Shown here: positions 1-48,338 of the stretch, in pieces
Layout: the number at the start of each line of letters is the position of its first letter
Numbering within the stretch: the stretch's first letter is position 1
Source: the human T2T-CHM13v2.0 reference genome, Homo sapiens
DNA: 64,000 bases
NCBI RefSeq assembly: GCF_009914755.1
Contig: NC_060946.1
Strand: one strand, 5' to 3'
The notes under the pieces: generated by a model
What the model was told of the DNA's origin: nothing
The model's database searches: none
What the model saw: only the letters and a program-made list of their open reading frames with translations
Translations under genes and position numbers: made by a program

Positions 1-117
1 TAGAGATCAGGTCTCGCTATGTTGCCCAGGCTGGTCTTGAACTCCTGGCCTCAAGCAGTCCTCTTGTCTCAATCTCCCAAAGTGTTCGGGTTACATATGT
101 GAGCCAGTGTGCCTGGC
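1..117 (-). mobile_element. AluJ/FLAM left-arm fragment (continues upstream of the window)
   Basis: Reverse complement of the Alu left arm. Confidence 0.85.
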
Positions 118-1799
118 CCCTAGTTTCTTTTTTCAAAAAGTATGAGAGATGAACCCAAAGGATCCTTCTAACTCTATAATTCATGACTTTGTGTGAGTCC
201 CTTTGCCCTGCACCCCAGTACTAAAGAAGTTAATGGTCTCTAAATATAGGTGCAGATCTGTTAGAGAAGTTGGTTTGCTCTTATGAGAATTCTCTCCTAA
301 TTTATCTGTTTAATTTTGAATTTTCACACACAAAAAATTTTTTTTAGTTGCTTTGTGTCTTAAATCTGGCTGGCTCCCACTAGATATGTCATCCCAAGTC
401 AAGATATTTTGTTCCCGCACATGCACAGATAGTTCCATGATCTTTTCTGGAAACTGTCTGCAAAGTTGATAACTAGAGTTGTGCTAGTCAGTATGGTATA
501 GTGAGACTGCTGAGGGGTCAGTCCTTTGCTGAGGTGTAAAATGGGGATAATGCCTGTGAGTGTGCTTAGCAGTGTGATGAATGCTTAACACATATTATTT
601 TTCCTTCTTTCATAGGTTTCCTTCTGATACCTCCGTCTACTCACTGCCACAGAGTATAATAGCATATATACTCTATAATACTGTATATAGTGTAGTATAA
701 TTACCATTCTTTAGGGTAATGTTATGTAGGTATGTTCATATCTGCAAATGAAACATTTCCGGTAATTATATAGATGGTAATGGCAAATAAATGATGTAAA
801 GATGAGATAGTTTGTTGACCTGTGTAGTTTAATTATATGAAAAATAGCAACTGTGTAAACTATATTTATGATCTCCTCTTAGGTGCCCTAATCTCCTATG
901 TTAATATAAAACTTTCAATATAAATGTCTCAGTGGCCTTCTTTGCCAGTCAGCCCTTAAGGAGCTTTATTTTCCTCAAAAACTCTTGTCTGCTATTTTTC
1001 AGAGCTACCTGAAAGCTGAGTTGCAGTTAGCTAACTAGTATTTATTTCACTTCTACTTCTGGGGGAGGTGGTTATCCCCCACCCCTGGTAGTGGGAATGA
1101 CAGAAGGTCCATGAAGTTGCTTTCCTTATCCTTTCCGGAAACTGCCAGGCCATAAATATTAGAGGAATGATCCAGGGAGGGACTCAGGTAAGTAACCAGA
1201 TTACTGTGGATGATTGATTATTTGATATGAGGAACTAGAGGAGCCTGGCACAGTTATGAGTGTGAGCAAGTCCGCGTAGGGCAGCTGAGTTTAACTGGTA
1301 CTCCTGTGCAGGAAGGGGACACGCATACCTTGTGTGCTGAATTCTAGGGTGAGGTTCCTGTTTCCCTGATATATGTTTCCAGTCTGTGTTCTCCCTTACA
1401 CAGTCACACCTCAGTCTCGCCTAAAGGAACACTCTATCTCTGTCACAAAGAAAATATTGACTCAGGGAAGGGTAAGCAGACCCAGCTGCAAACCTTGTAG
1501 CAGGAGTGGAGTTCAAGGTAGAGTGTGATTCTTAGACTTACTTTGCTCTTCTGCTGATGCCAGTTTTGGAGGAGGCAGCTGAGAAATTTGTATGATACTA
1601 TGGATGTTCACCTCAGATGTCCTTGTCATAAAGGGTGATATAAATGATCAACAAAAATTACTAGGGTAACTGGAGGGGGAGTCAGTTCTAGAAGTTCTGT
1701 GCCACTAGCTCCTTCATCGTGGAGTTTGGTAGGGTCCAGGTTTCAAGGCTGTCTTTACATATTGCTGAGTAATTGCTGTATTTAGCAGCATTCTGAGAG

Positions 1800-2700
1800 A
1801 ACACAGGTGGGTTCCAAGATAACGTTGCCAAAGCATAAAGTGCATTGGAGGCAAGTGCGAGGCAGGTGTTCAGAGATGAGGCTGCAGGGAGTAGCAGGGG
1901 CTGCTAGGTCATGCAGGGTCTTATAAATCAAGTTAACAAATTTGGACTTTAAAGCAAAGGGAAGGTTTTAAAGATGGGAGGGAAATGATCAGTTGTATTT
2001 TGAAAGAATTTCTGTGGCTGCAGGGTAGAGAGTGGTTGGAGGGAGGGGCCGAGAGTGGAGGCAGAGATTCCAGTTGAGAGATGTATAATAATCATGATGG
2101 TGAAAAGCGACGGCAGCCTCAACTAGAAAGTAGCAACAGGTTGTAAGAGAAAGGGGAGGTTTCAAAAACTTTAGGAAAGGCCGAATAGTTGAGGGGTGAA
2201 GATGGAAAGGTGAAGAATCCATTAAACATCATCCCCAAGTCCTGCCTGGAGAGAGTGGGTAGGTAGGTCGTAATGGCAACGGGACCACTGAAGGGGAGGA
2301 CCAGGTTCATGAGGAAAGGTGATGAGTTAACTTGGAGCGTGGCAAATTCGAAGAATATGGAGGAGCTGCCCACCAGCTGGATGTGCTGGTCTGAGGTTGA
2401 GAGAGAAATGCATCTTGGAGCTAGAAATCAGTTATCTGCTTGTAGATGTTAATTGAAGTTGTGAGAGTCATCCAGGAGTTCCAGGAGAGTGCAGAGAGCT
2501 AGAGGAGAGTCGAAGGCGCAACATTAAGGCATCTGAAGAACAGGCATATAGGAGGAGGAACTGGAAAAGGAGACTAAGAAGGAGCCAGAAAGCCAGGAGG
2601 AAAACCAAAGGATCATGACACATAGACACCCAGAGAGACTGTGTGTTAAGGAGGGGAAGTGATTACACAGCTAAATGCTACTGAGTGGTCAGGTGTGGTA
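1800..2700 (-). mobile_element. L2 LINE remnant (approximate)
   Basis: Degenerate purine-rich L2-like sequence, recognised by eye. Confidence 0.55.
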
Positions 2701-2714
2701 AGAACTGCAGTGCA

Positions 2715-3362
<648 letters not shown>

Positions 3363-4541
3363 TCATCTGTGCTAGATTGACTCTTTAGACCCAGCACACA
3401 CTGAGGACACTAATAAAGCAGATATGTGAAATAAAGAGAAAACAGAACTCATTGGCCATTTCACAGATACGGAACAAGTCATCTAGGGAAAAAAATCTAA
3501 ACTTTGTAGAAGTTCCTCATACTCATTTCATTTTTATGTTGAATTAAATGTGGGGCACCCTAATGTCTCTTGCTCTGTGATTCTCTAAAGGTCTTTAAAA
3601 TTGTTTTCATGTTTTTGTTTGCATAGGTGGTAACACGGTTCAAAATGAAAAAGGTACAGAACGAGTATGAAGTAAAAGTCTCCCTGCCACCTAGTTCCCC
3701 CAACATGTAGCCTTTATTTTATATGAAAATTTCTCCCCTTTTTAACAAGTATTTTCACATTCTTCTCACTCTCCTTTTTTTACTTAGCCCCTGTCAGTGA
3801 CAGCTGCACACCATTTTATTCTATAGATATACTGTAATTAAACAGTCCTGTATCAGTGGGTATTGAGGTTTCCTAATATTTTGCCATCTGGTATTTTGTT
3901 CTCAAAACCAGTGCTATAGGGAGTTACGTTGTATATAGGTCATTTTGCTGGCATGTAGGATAAATTTCCAGAAGCGGGAATTGCTGGGCCAAAGAACCTC
4001 TGAAGGATTTAATTCAGTTCTGTTTATTTGAGTCCCTGGCACTTAGCATGCAATGAATGGTAGCTATTAGTAAGATATGTATAGATGGGTTTGTTGGGGG
4101 CCCAGAGGAATAGGGGCACCTAACACAAACTAAAGGCAGAGAGAGTATCAAATAAGGCTTCTTAGAGGAGGCAATGCTTCAGCTGTGCCTTGAAGAATAA
4201 GTCAGGTAAAGAGGAGGGCATTATGAGCAGGGGGAGCAGTAGAGAGCCAAGGCACAGGAAAAGAGCGTGTTGTACATCGGGACCTTCTAAGAGTTTGCTG
4301 TGCTTATTCATCAAACAGTCAGCCCCTGCCACATGTCAGGCACTGGGCTAGGTACCGGACATAGGACAGATACACATGTACATAAATTATAGTATCACAT
4401 GAAATCAACAGCAGCATGTACAATGATTAATTCTGTTGGGGAAGGAGGTAGGGGACATGGAAGTTGGAAAGAAAGGCTTGTTAGAGGAGGCCACATCTGA
4501 GCTAGAATTTGAAAGAATAATGGTCAAAGAGGAATTCAGGT

Positions 4542-4719
4542 CAGTGGTTCTCAAAGTGTGTTCCCTGGACCAAAAGCATCCGCATCACCTGGGAGAGGCA
4601 GAGTCTCAGGTCCTACTCACACCTGCTGAGTCAGAAATTCGGGGGCTGGGCCTCAGCTGTCTGGGTTTTAGGAAGCCCTCCAGGTGATTCTGATACACTC
4701 TGTATTTTGAGAACCACTG
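4542..4719. mobile_element. MER5A-like hAT-Charlie non-autonomous DNA transposon
   Basis: Perfect 14-bp TIRs cagtggttctcaaa / tttgagaaccactg about 180 bp apart. Confidence 0.85.
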
Positions 4720-4722
4720 ATC

Positions 4723-5024
4723 AACTGGGTGTGTTGACTCACGTCTATAATCCCAGCACTTTGGGAGGCTAAGGCAGGAGGATGCCTTGAGCCCAGGAGT
4801 TTGAGACCAGCCTAGGCAACATAGTGAGACCCGGTCTCTACAAAAAAATAAAAGAAAATTAGCCTGGTGTGGTGGTGCACACCTGTAGTCCCAGCTACTC
4901 AGGAGGCTGAGATGGGAGGATTGCTTGAGCCTGGGAGTTCAAGGCTGCAGTGAGCTCTGATCATTCCTCTGCACTCCAGCCTGGGCAACAGAGTGAAACC
5001 CTATCTCAAAACACACCACAAAAA
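4723..5024 (+). mobile_element. AluJ
   Basis: ttgagcccaggagtt and caaggctgcagtgagc J diagnostics. Confidence 0.88.
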
Positions 5025-6059
5025 GTTGTGTTCGTGTAATTACAAGACTCAAAAGAAGAGTCCAGAGCTTCCTTTGCCATGATTAGCCTATTGACTATGT
5101 TTATAATCCAGAGATTTCCTTTGCCCTGAAATTTATCCTGCTAGAACTTAAGTTTGTCATTTTGTTTGCATCTTACTGTATTCTCAGTAGAAAATAATGG
5201 TCCTGTGAGCATTTGTGCAGAGTGCCCAGAAGTGCTTCTGAGCCTTGGGCTCTGACAGCCAGTGTCTCACCCAAACCCAGCTCTGGCTGGGCCTGGGAAC
5301 CAAATGCCTGGGCTGTGGCGAAAACTCAGGAGACGTGGGGGTATATCTGTAAAAGCAGATTCGTAAATAGCTTTTTTCCCCCTTAGAGCCTGTTTTGCAA
5401 ATTGCTGCACTTTTCCTTGTTTGTAAGTATCTCTTTTCCTTTAAACTGCTTTTAGTGGCTTTTGCTTTTGGAAAAGTATTTTATTAATACTTCATTATAA
5501 TAGGGAGCAACTGCAACCCATGTGAAGAGGGACACCTGGGGATTTTATTTCGCCTTAAAAACAATCAACCAAAACCAGTGGGTTGGAAACCTGAGTTTCA
5601 AAGTATTGTCAGTTTTTTTTTTTCCAGTGATTATTCCAGTAATTACTTAGACTATGGCAGGGGAAGGGGGCTTGTTAGAGGAACTTGAAAAATTACAGGC
5701 TTTTTTTTTTTTTCAGCAGCTTAGGAAGTTCCTGACTTCACAGGTTGCTAAGATGTCAAACTCATGCAGAGCTGTGTTAGGAAATTGTTAGTTACAAATG
5801 AGAGAGAAGGGGATCCTTTTCACAGTTATGGATAAGCTATTTCTAATTGTTTATACTTTCTTTTCTTTCCTTGGTTTTGTATAAGCATTAAATCTCAGCA
5901 GAGGTGGATATTTAAGGTGGTGAGTAGTAGCAGCTCTGCAGGGGAAGAGAAAGGCAAGATGGGGAGAAGCTAATTCACTGTTCTCAGTACTCAGCTTCAC
6001 TGGTGGTCCTCAGAAAAAAGTCAACCTTCTTACTCTAATGTTCTAATACTTAAACTGTA

Positions 6060-6815
<756 letters not shown>

Positions 6816-7027
6816 TATACATTTTTAAATGGTTGAAGTCATATACTGTCTTCATGCTGATGATTCCACTTTTCTTCTGTTCCTTCTTCAACCCACTCCA
6901 GTTGGACCTTCACCTTGACCATTAAAATTAAAAGCTCTTTTCAGGATCACAAACAACCTTCAGCTTGCTAAGCCAAGGACCAGTTCTCTGTCCTCACATT
7001 GAGTGACACGGATGATCACCCACTCCT

Positions 7028-7334
7028 TGTCTTAGTTTGTTTTGTGCTGCTGTAACAGAATATGCTGGGTCATTTTTAAAGAACAGAAGTTTATTTCTCA
7101 CAGTTTGGGAGGCTCGGAAGTCCAAGCGTTTGTTGAGGGCCTTCTTGCTGCATCCTAATATGGCAGAAGGGCAAGAGAGCCAACTCCTTCCGTCAAGCCC
7201 CTTTAGGAGGGGACCTAATCCCATTGATGTGGGAGGAGGCTTCATGGCCTCATCATCTCTTAAAGGTTCCAGCTCTTAATACTATCACATTGGCAACACC
7301 TGAATTTTGGAGGGGACACATTAAAACCAAAGCA
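7028..7334. mobile_element. ERVL-MaLR (MST/MLT1-type) solo LTR inserted in an L2 remnant
   Basis: TG...CA ends (tgtcttagttt...aaaccaaagca), tttatttctcacagtt..ggaggc motif, near-identical 5-bp TSD ctcct/ctctt. Confidence 0.8.
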
Positions 7335-7762
7335 CTCTTTCTAGAAATACTCACTTCTGTTGGTTTCCACAACACAACACACTATTCGTTTTCCTTCTGT
7401 TTCATTGGCCAGTTCCCAAATTTTGTTTCCTGCCTCCTTTTCTGCCTAACTTGTAAATGTTGGAGTGTTTTAGGATTTGGTCCTAGGCTCCCTACTCTGC
7501 ATTCCCTCCTTGGCAATGACATCTAGTTCTGCGCTATGCTGATGTTTCCAACGTTTACATTTCTAGTTCTGACATCTGTGAACTCCGTGCTTGTAAGGTG
7601 CAAACTTGACATCTCCACTTAGGAGTCTGATCGGCCTCCCAGTGTAACATGGCCAAAGCAGAACTCTTGATTTCTAACCCCAAAATCTGCTCTTTCAGCA
7701 GGCTTCCCTTGTCTTAGTTGATGGGACCTGCACAGTTGCTCAGGTCCAAGAACTTGGAGACT

Positions 7763-8083
<321 letters not shown>

Positions 8084-8723
8084 CTAGAAGGGCCATCTGT
8101 CAGCTAGTTCCTGCCTCCTTTTCCAACGTTATCTGCTACTTTCCCCCTCATCACTACTCTTCTAGATCTTCACAGACCTGATCGTTATTCTCATGTGAGC
8201 TGAAAAGTCATTTCCTGAGAGAGGCCTTCCCCAACCACCAATTAAAAATAACCCCTCCACTCCTACCTGCCACTTTGTAACCTATTGTTCTGTTTTCTTC
8301 ATGGCATGTATTATTATTCTGAAATTATTTACATATTTATTGTCTGTTTTCTGTAACTAATAATAACTGGCATTTATTAAGCACATGCCACGTGCCGAAT
8401 ATTGTTACAAGTACTACATTTTCTCACTTAACCTCATAAGTAGTATAGGTATTATTTCCATTTTACAGAAGAAATTGCAGGTTCATGAAAGCAAGAACTT
8501 TGTCCATCTTGTTTTACTGCTATATCTCTAACACATGGAACAGTGTTTGGGATATAGTAGTTGCAAAAAATTTTTTTTGTTGGTTGGATAGATGAATGAA
8601 AAACTCCCAAATTGACGTTTCTACCTCTGACATCTCCCCATAAACATAGATTTATAGATGTAATCACCTACTTAACAGCTCCACTTGGATTTCTAAATAA
8701 GCATTTAAATTACCCCATAACTC

Positions 8724-9019
<296 letters not shown>

Positions 9020-9707
9020 CCTGCCCCGTAACTCTTAACTTCTTAACTTCCCCCCTCCCCAAACCTGTTTTGTTCCCATTTCTCTCATATTAGGAAATGG
9101 CATCATCATAAGCCCAGGAGTACAGACTGGAAACCTAGGCCTTGCCTGTGGCCACTCCCATTCTCATTCCCCACATCCAACTCTGCGGCAAGGCCTGTTG
9201 ATTCTACCTCTGATTGTGTCTTGAATCTGTTGCTTCTCTTTTTCTCCACTGTCACTTCAGCCTCATTCTCCGTAATCTTTCCTCTGCACGCCACACTTGC
9301 CTGCAAGCATCCACTCTTGTCTCTCTACAAGCTATTTGCCCACGTAGCAGCCAGATTGGAGCCACATACATTTTAGAGGTGTGCTGAAGAATAGGCGCCA
9401 AGGAGAAAAACCAGGAAGAAAACCAGTATTTTGTACCCTTACCTTGAAAAAGGTATTCATATATTTTTTCCTTTTCTAAAAAATGTTCATGTTTCTTTGA
9501 GCATTTATTGTCTGATTTTACCCCTTTTTAGCATCTATAGAAGCCACATTAATCTTTTTTTACTCCAGCCTTTCTTGGACTTTCCCGGCTTTGTGCTTCT
9601 CTATCTAGGTGAGTTTTTATCGATAGCTTCAAGTGTCCTCTTCCCCTCCTCACAGAGGAAATGCAGTCTTCAGCATCTGAGAGGCCTCTTAGAAGTATTT
9701 TTGCTCA

Positions 9708-10275
<568 letters not shown>

Positions 10276-10682
10276 TTAAACAAAATTTGCCTTATAGGAA
10301 ATTGTAAGATTAGCAAACTAGGGAGTATGTACATTTAATTTTGAAAAATTCTTTCTAGAGCTCCTCAAAGGTTCCTAAATCAATCCTGTTTTTCAACTTT
10401 CTGCCTCTCAGTACTCCTGTGACAACAGGAGGGCAGCCACCCTGACGTGGCTAACTCTCTGGGCTGTTCCTGCCAACTCCCAGATGGCTGCTTTCAGGAA
10501 GGTTTCCATAGCGACCAGAGGCAGGAAAAACCTGCCCACCCAGCTTAACAATTCACATCCGGCTGGGCTTTATAGCCAGTGGGAGAAGTGGCGTGTTTAT
10601 ATATACTTATATACATTACATACATTTATATGTGTGTGTAGCATTAAAGAGCTCAACCCTGCAGACTCTATATCCAGAATCT

Positions 10683-10810
10683 GGCTGGGTGTGGTGGCTC
10701 ACACCTGTAATCACAGCACTTTGGGAGGCTGAGGCAGGAGGATCACTTAAGCTCAGGAATTCAAGACCAGCCTGGGCAACATAGAGGGACCTTGTCTCTA
10801 AAAAAAAAAA
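10683..10810 (+). mobile_element. FLAM/AluJ monomer
   Basis: Single left arm with A tail. Confidence 0.85.
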
Positions 10811-11366
10811 TATGATAAAATATATCCATAATCTGACCATTTCTCAGTGTTCCCACCATAGGAAAGTCAACATACCTTTCACCCTGACTAATCCAACAGC
10901 CTCCTCTATGTCCACCACCACCTCTGCAAGACAGCCAGAGAGGGCTCAGAGCCCTCCCCTACTTTCCCAGCTCACTGAGAATGAAGCCCAGAATCCACCA
11001 CACTGTGAGGCCTCGTAGTCCCCTGCTGTGTCTTCTCCCACCATTCAGGCTGTTTCCTCCCACTCTTTCCTTCTCATTCCCCAGCCCCTCCAGCCTGCTG
11101 GCTGCCTTGCAGCTGTTTCAGCATGCCCAGTGTGCTCCCAACTTGGGGCTGCTTCTCCCTGGATCTCCTTTCCCTCAGGTAGCCATGAGCCCTCAGTTCC
11201 TTTTGGTCTTTGCTCAGGTGTCCCTAACCCATATTCTAAAGAGCTTCTCCTGAACACTTGATATAAATCCCCTCTCTTCTGATAGTCTCCACACCTTGAC
11301 CTTTATTTTTCCTCACAGCATTGTAGTTATCACAATCTATTTCTGTGTTTATCATCCAATTCTGTC

Positions 11367-11664
<298 letters not shown>

Positions 11665-12724
11665 AAGATGTCTTTACTTTTAATCATGGTGCAGAGGATG
11701 AGCGCTGAGCCCACTCCCTCCCAAAGCTGACACGTGGTTGTTCTGCCACAGCCATTTGCCATCTCAGGCTCCAAGCCAGCAGGAGGCGTAATAGAGCACT
11801 GGGTTCCATTCCCAGGGCCATCTAGCTGGTGGCCATGTGTCCGTCATTTCACAGGGTGGGGTTACATGGTGTGGCAGGGCAAAGTTTTGGGAGTCCATTT
11901 GGAAACTATCAGTCTCTCCTAGGCTTATTTTCTGTTGTGTAAGGAATGAATGTGTTGTAAGGATTGAATGATGACATGACATGCTTTTTAAAATTTCTAG
12001 CTCAGTCTCTTTAATGTAAAAATATGTAATCATCCAGCTCATAGTTCTGAGGGAAACCCTATATCACATATATTTTACACTGAAGGAAGACATTAAAATT
12101 CCATTCTCTTCACACAGAACCAACCAACCAGGATGGCTGGCCTGTTGGGGAAGCAGGTTCTGCCATCTGGTTCTCAGCAGGCATGTCTGGAAGCAGGAGG
12201 GAGCGTCTCTCCCATTTGGGTACCAAAGCCTCTGTAACAGTCAGGAATGTTCTGCTGTGGCCTTTATCCTAAACTTGGCTTGGCCAGTGTGTGTCTGGGG
12301 CAGGAGCAGAGGCCGGGACACAGCTGAGCTGCCCACAGGAGCTATTTTTGCCCCCACACTTGTATGTCTTTAAAGAGAACTGGGATTTTCTCACAGCTCC
12401 TTTGAAGTGGTGGTTTGATTTTCCTCTTTTTTGCTTCTCACTTACCTAATTCTTCCCGATTTATCTAGAATTCCCAACACCAGAATTCCATGGCAGATAG
12501 CATGGAGAATAGGTTCTGTTATGGACCAGGATAACAACTGTCATTTCTGAATTCTCATTGTGTGAAAAATGGCAAAAGTAAATTTTTCTTCAGTGCCAGG
12601 TTTAGGTAAATATGATTTCAAAAACCGGAATGTAACTTGTCTTGAAATCTTTCAACCACATCTCCTCGTTGTCACCTACTTCCTTTCGTAGAGTGAGAGC
12701 CTTTAATTCTGTGGTTAGAAGTAA

Positions 12725-22138
<9,414 letters not shown>

Positions 22139-22461
22139 CCCCCTCCTCCCCAGCCCAACCTCGGGCCTGCGTCTGAGGTGGCCCAGGACCCCAAGCTGCA
22201 GAGCCCAGGGAAGAGCAGCTCCAGAGCCCTGGCCGGGGCCGCGGGATATCAATATCAGGCTGCCCCACTCCACGTTCCCCAGCACATCCCAGGTGGTGGG
22301 AGCAGAGGGTACCCTGCCCCACCAGGGTCCTTAGGGATGCTCTAGGCCAAACCACAGTTTGTACCAAAAACCTTGTGAGGAGGTGGGGGAGCCATGTCTG
22401 TGCTCAGGAAGAGGGAAGGGGATGGGGGTGGCTAGTAGGCTCCTGGCCTCTTTGGTTTATA

Positions 22462-22467
22462 AATAAA
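22462..22467 (+). terminator. SGSM3: SGSM3 poly(A) signal AATAAA
   Basis: AATAAA about 325 nt after the stop, followed by GT-rich tgtgtctgtctgtcttt. Confidence 0.8.
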
Positions 22468-22684
22468 CTGTGTCTGTCTGTCTTTGAGAAAGCACCTACC
22501 TGTCTTCTGTGCAGCTAGGGCTGCAGAGCTGTATTCAGGTCCAAGGTTCTGCCCTTCCTTGAGTGGTCTAGAAGGCACTGCGTGGCCCCTCAGATGCTGG
22601 GACACAACAGACCCGGGACCCAGCTGTGCTACCCACCCCTTCCATGGACTGAATAAGATGGACTAACAGGCCTGTGTTTTTGTG

Positions 22685-22690
22685 TTTATT
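22685..22690 (-). terminator. MRTFA: MRTFA poly(A) signal AATAAA (plus-strand TTTATT)
   Basis: First canonical hexamer I found on the - strand, about 1.1 kb after the MRTFA stop. Confidence 0.85.
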
Positions 22691-23773
22691 TTAAAAAGTT
22701 CACACACCTTCCCCATCTTTGTCCCAGCACTGGTTTTGGTGACTCCACCCCTACTCCCCTATGAGTCAGCCCAGAATGTGAAGCCAGTGGCCCCAGGGCA
22801 GGAGATGGCCACCCCTCAGCCCCACCGCAGGGTGAAGCTGGGCCCGAAGCTCCTCCTGTCCTAGGGCCACGCTGGCTGCAGTGAGGCGGCGGGGACGGAA
22901 TGTGAGTGGGTGGAGAGCTCCTGGCAGGAAGGCCAGGTAGCACCTCTGCCCTCATGGCACTGATAAGGAGCCAGGAAGCAGGGCAGGTGGGGCATAGGCC
23001 GTGGCAGGGTACCTACATGTCAATCACACGTGATGGGTGGGCCTGGGTAGCTGCATGCCAGACTGGGCACCAGACTGTGGCACACAGCTCAAGGGTAACC
23101 TTGCATCCAGGCCCTTCTGTGAGAGTAGGATGGGAGGGAGTTGCACCCATCTCCTGTCCGCCCCCCCCCAAAAATATATATGTATGTCGATATATAATAT
23201 AGAGGTATATACACCTGTACATAAAATTGTTGCCACCAACCACTAAATGGTTACACTACACCAAGACACTAAAATGGCAGGGAGCCCTGGGATCCTGGGG
23301 TTGGCAGACACAGGGAATGGGGGGGTAGAGGCCCAGGCTAATTTCTCCCTTCACAGCAAAGCAGGGAGAGAAAGGAAGGAGATTCACCCCTTAACCTGTC
23401 TCAGCCCTGGGTCAGAAGAGAAGCCTCCCGCCTGGCCAGGCTTCACCTACCTTAGCCAAATTGTAGCCAGACAGACAGTGCCCCCTGACCTCAAAAAAGG
23501 AGGTCAAGCTGAAATGGCCCTGACCCTGACCGTGTGTCCAAAACCCCAGCGTGAGAGCCAGGGCTGCTTCTTGACAGCTGCTCTCCTCTGCCCTGCGTGG
23601 CACTGAACCAGGAGTAAGGGCTTCTCTGTTCTAGCCTCCCAGGGAAGGGAAAAAGCAGGGGCTGTGATTGTCAAGACTCACAACCATGTGGAGAGGCCGA
23701 ATCACGCAGGAGAGCCACGCATTGGAGTACCCTGGCTCCCAGCCCCTTCCCCACCCCGTCTTGAGCCAGAGAG

Positions 23774-47938
<24,165 letters not shown>

Positions 47939-48034
47939 CTGTTGAGAGAAGAACCGTAAAGATTACCTTCAAGCGAAGCATCATGTCTAGTGCTACGATA
48001 TTCAGTGGAGAAGGCATCTTAAATTCATGTTACT

Positions 48035-48338
<304 letters not shown>

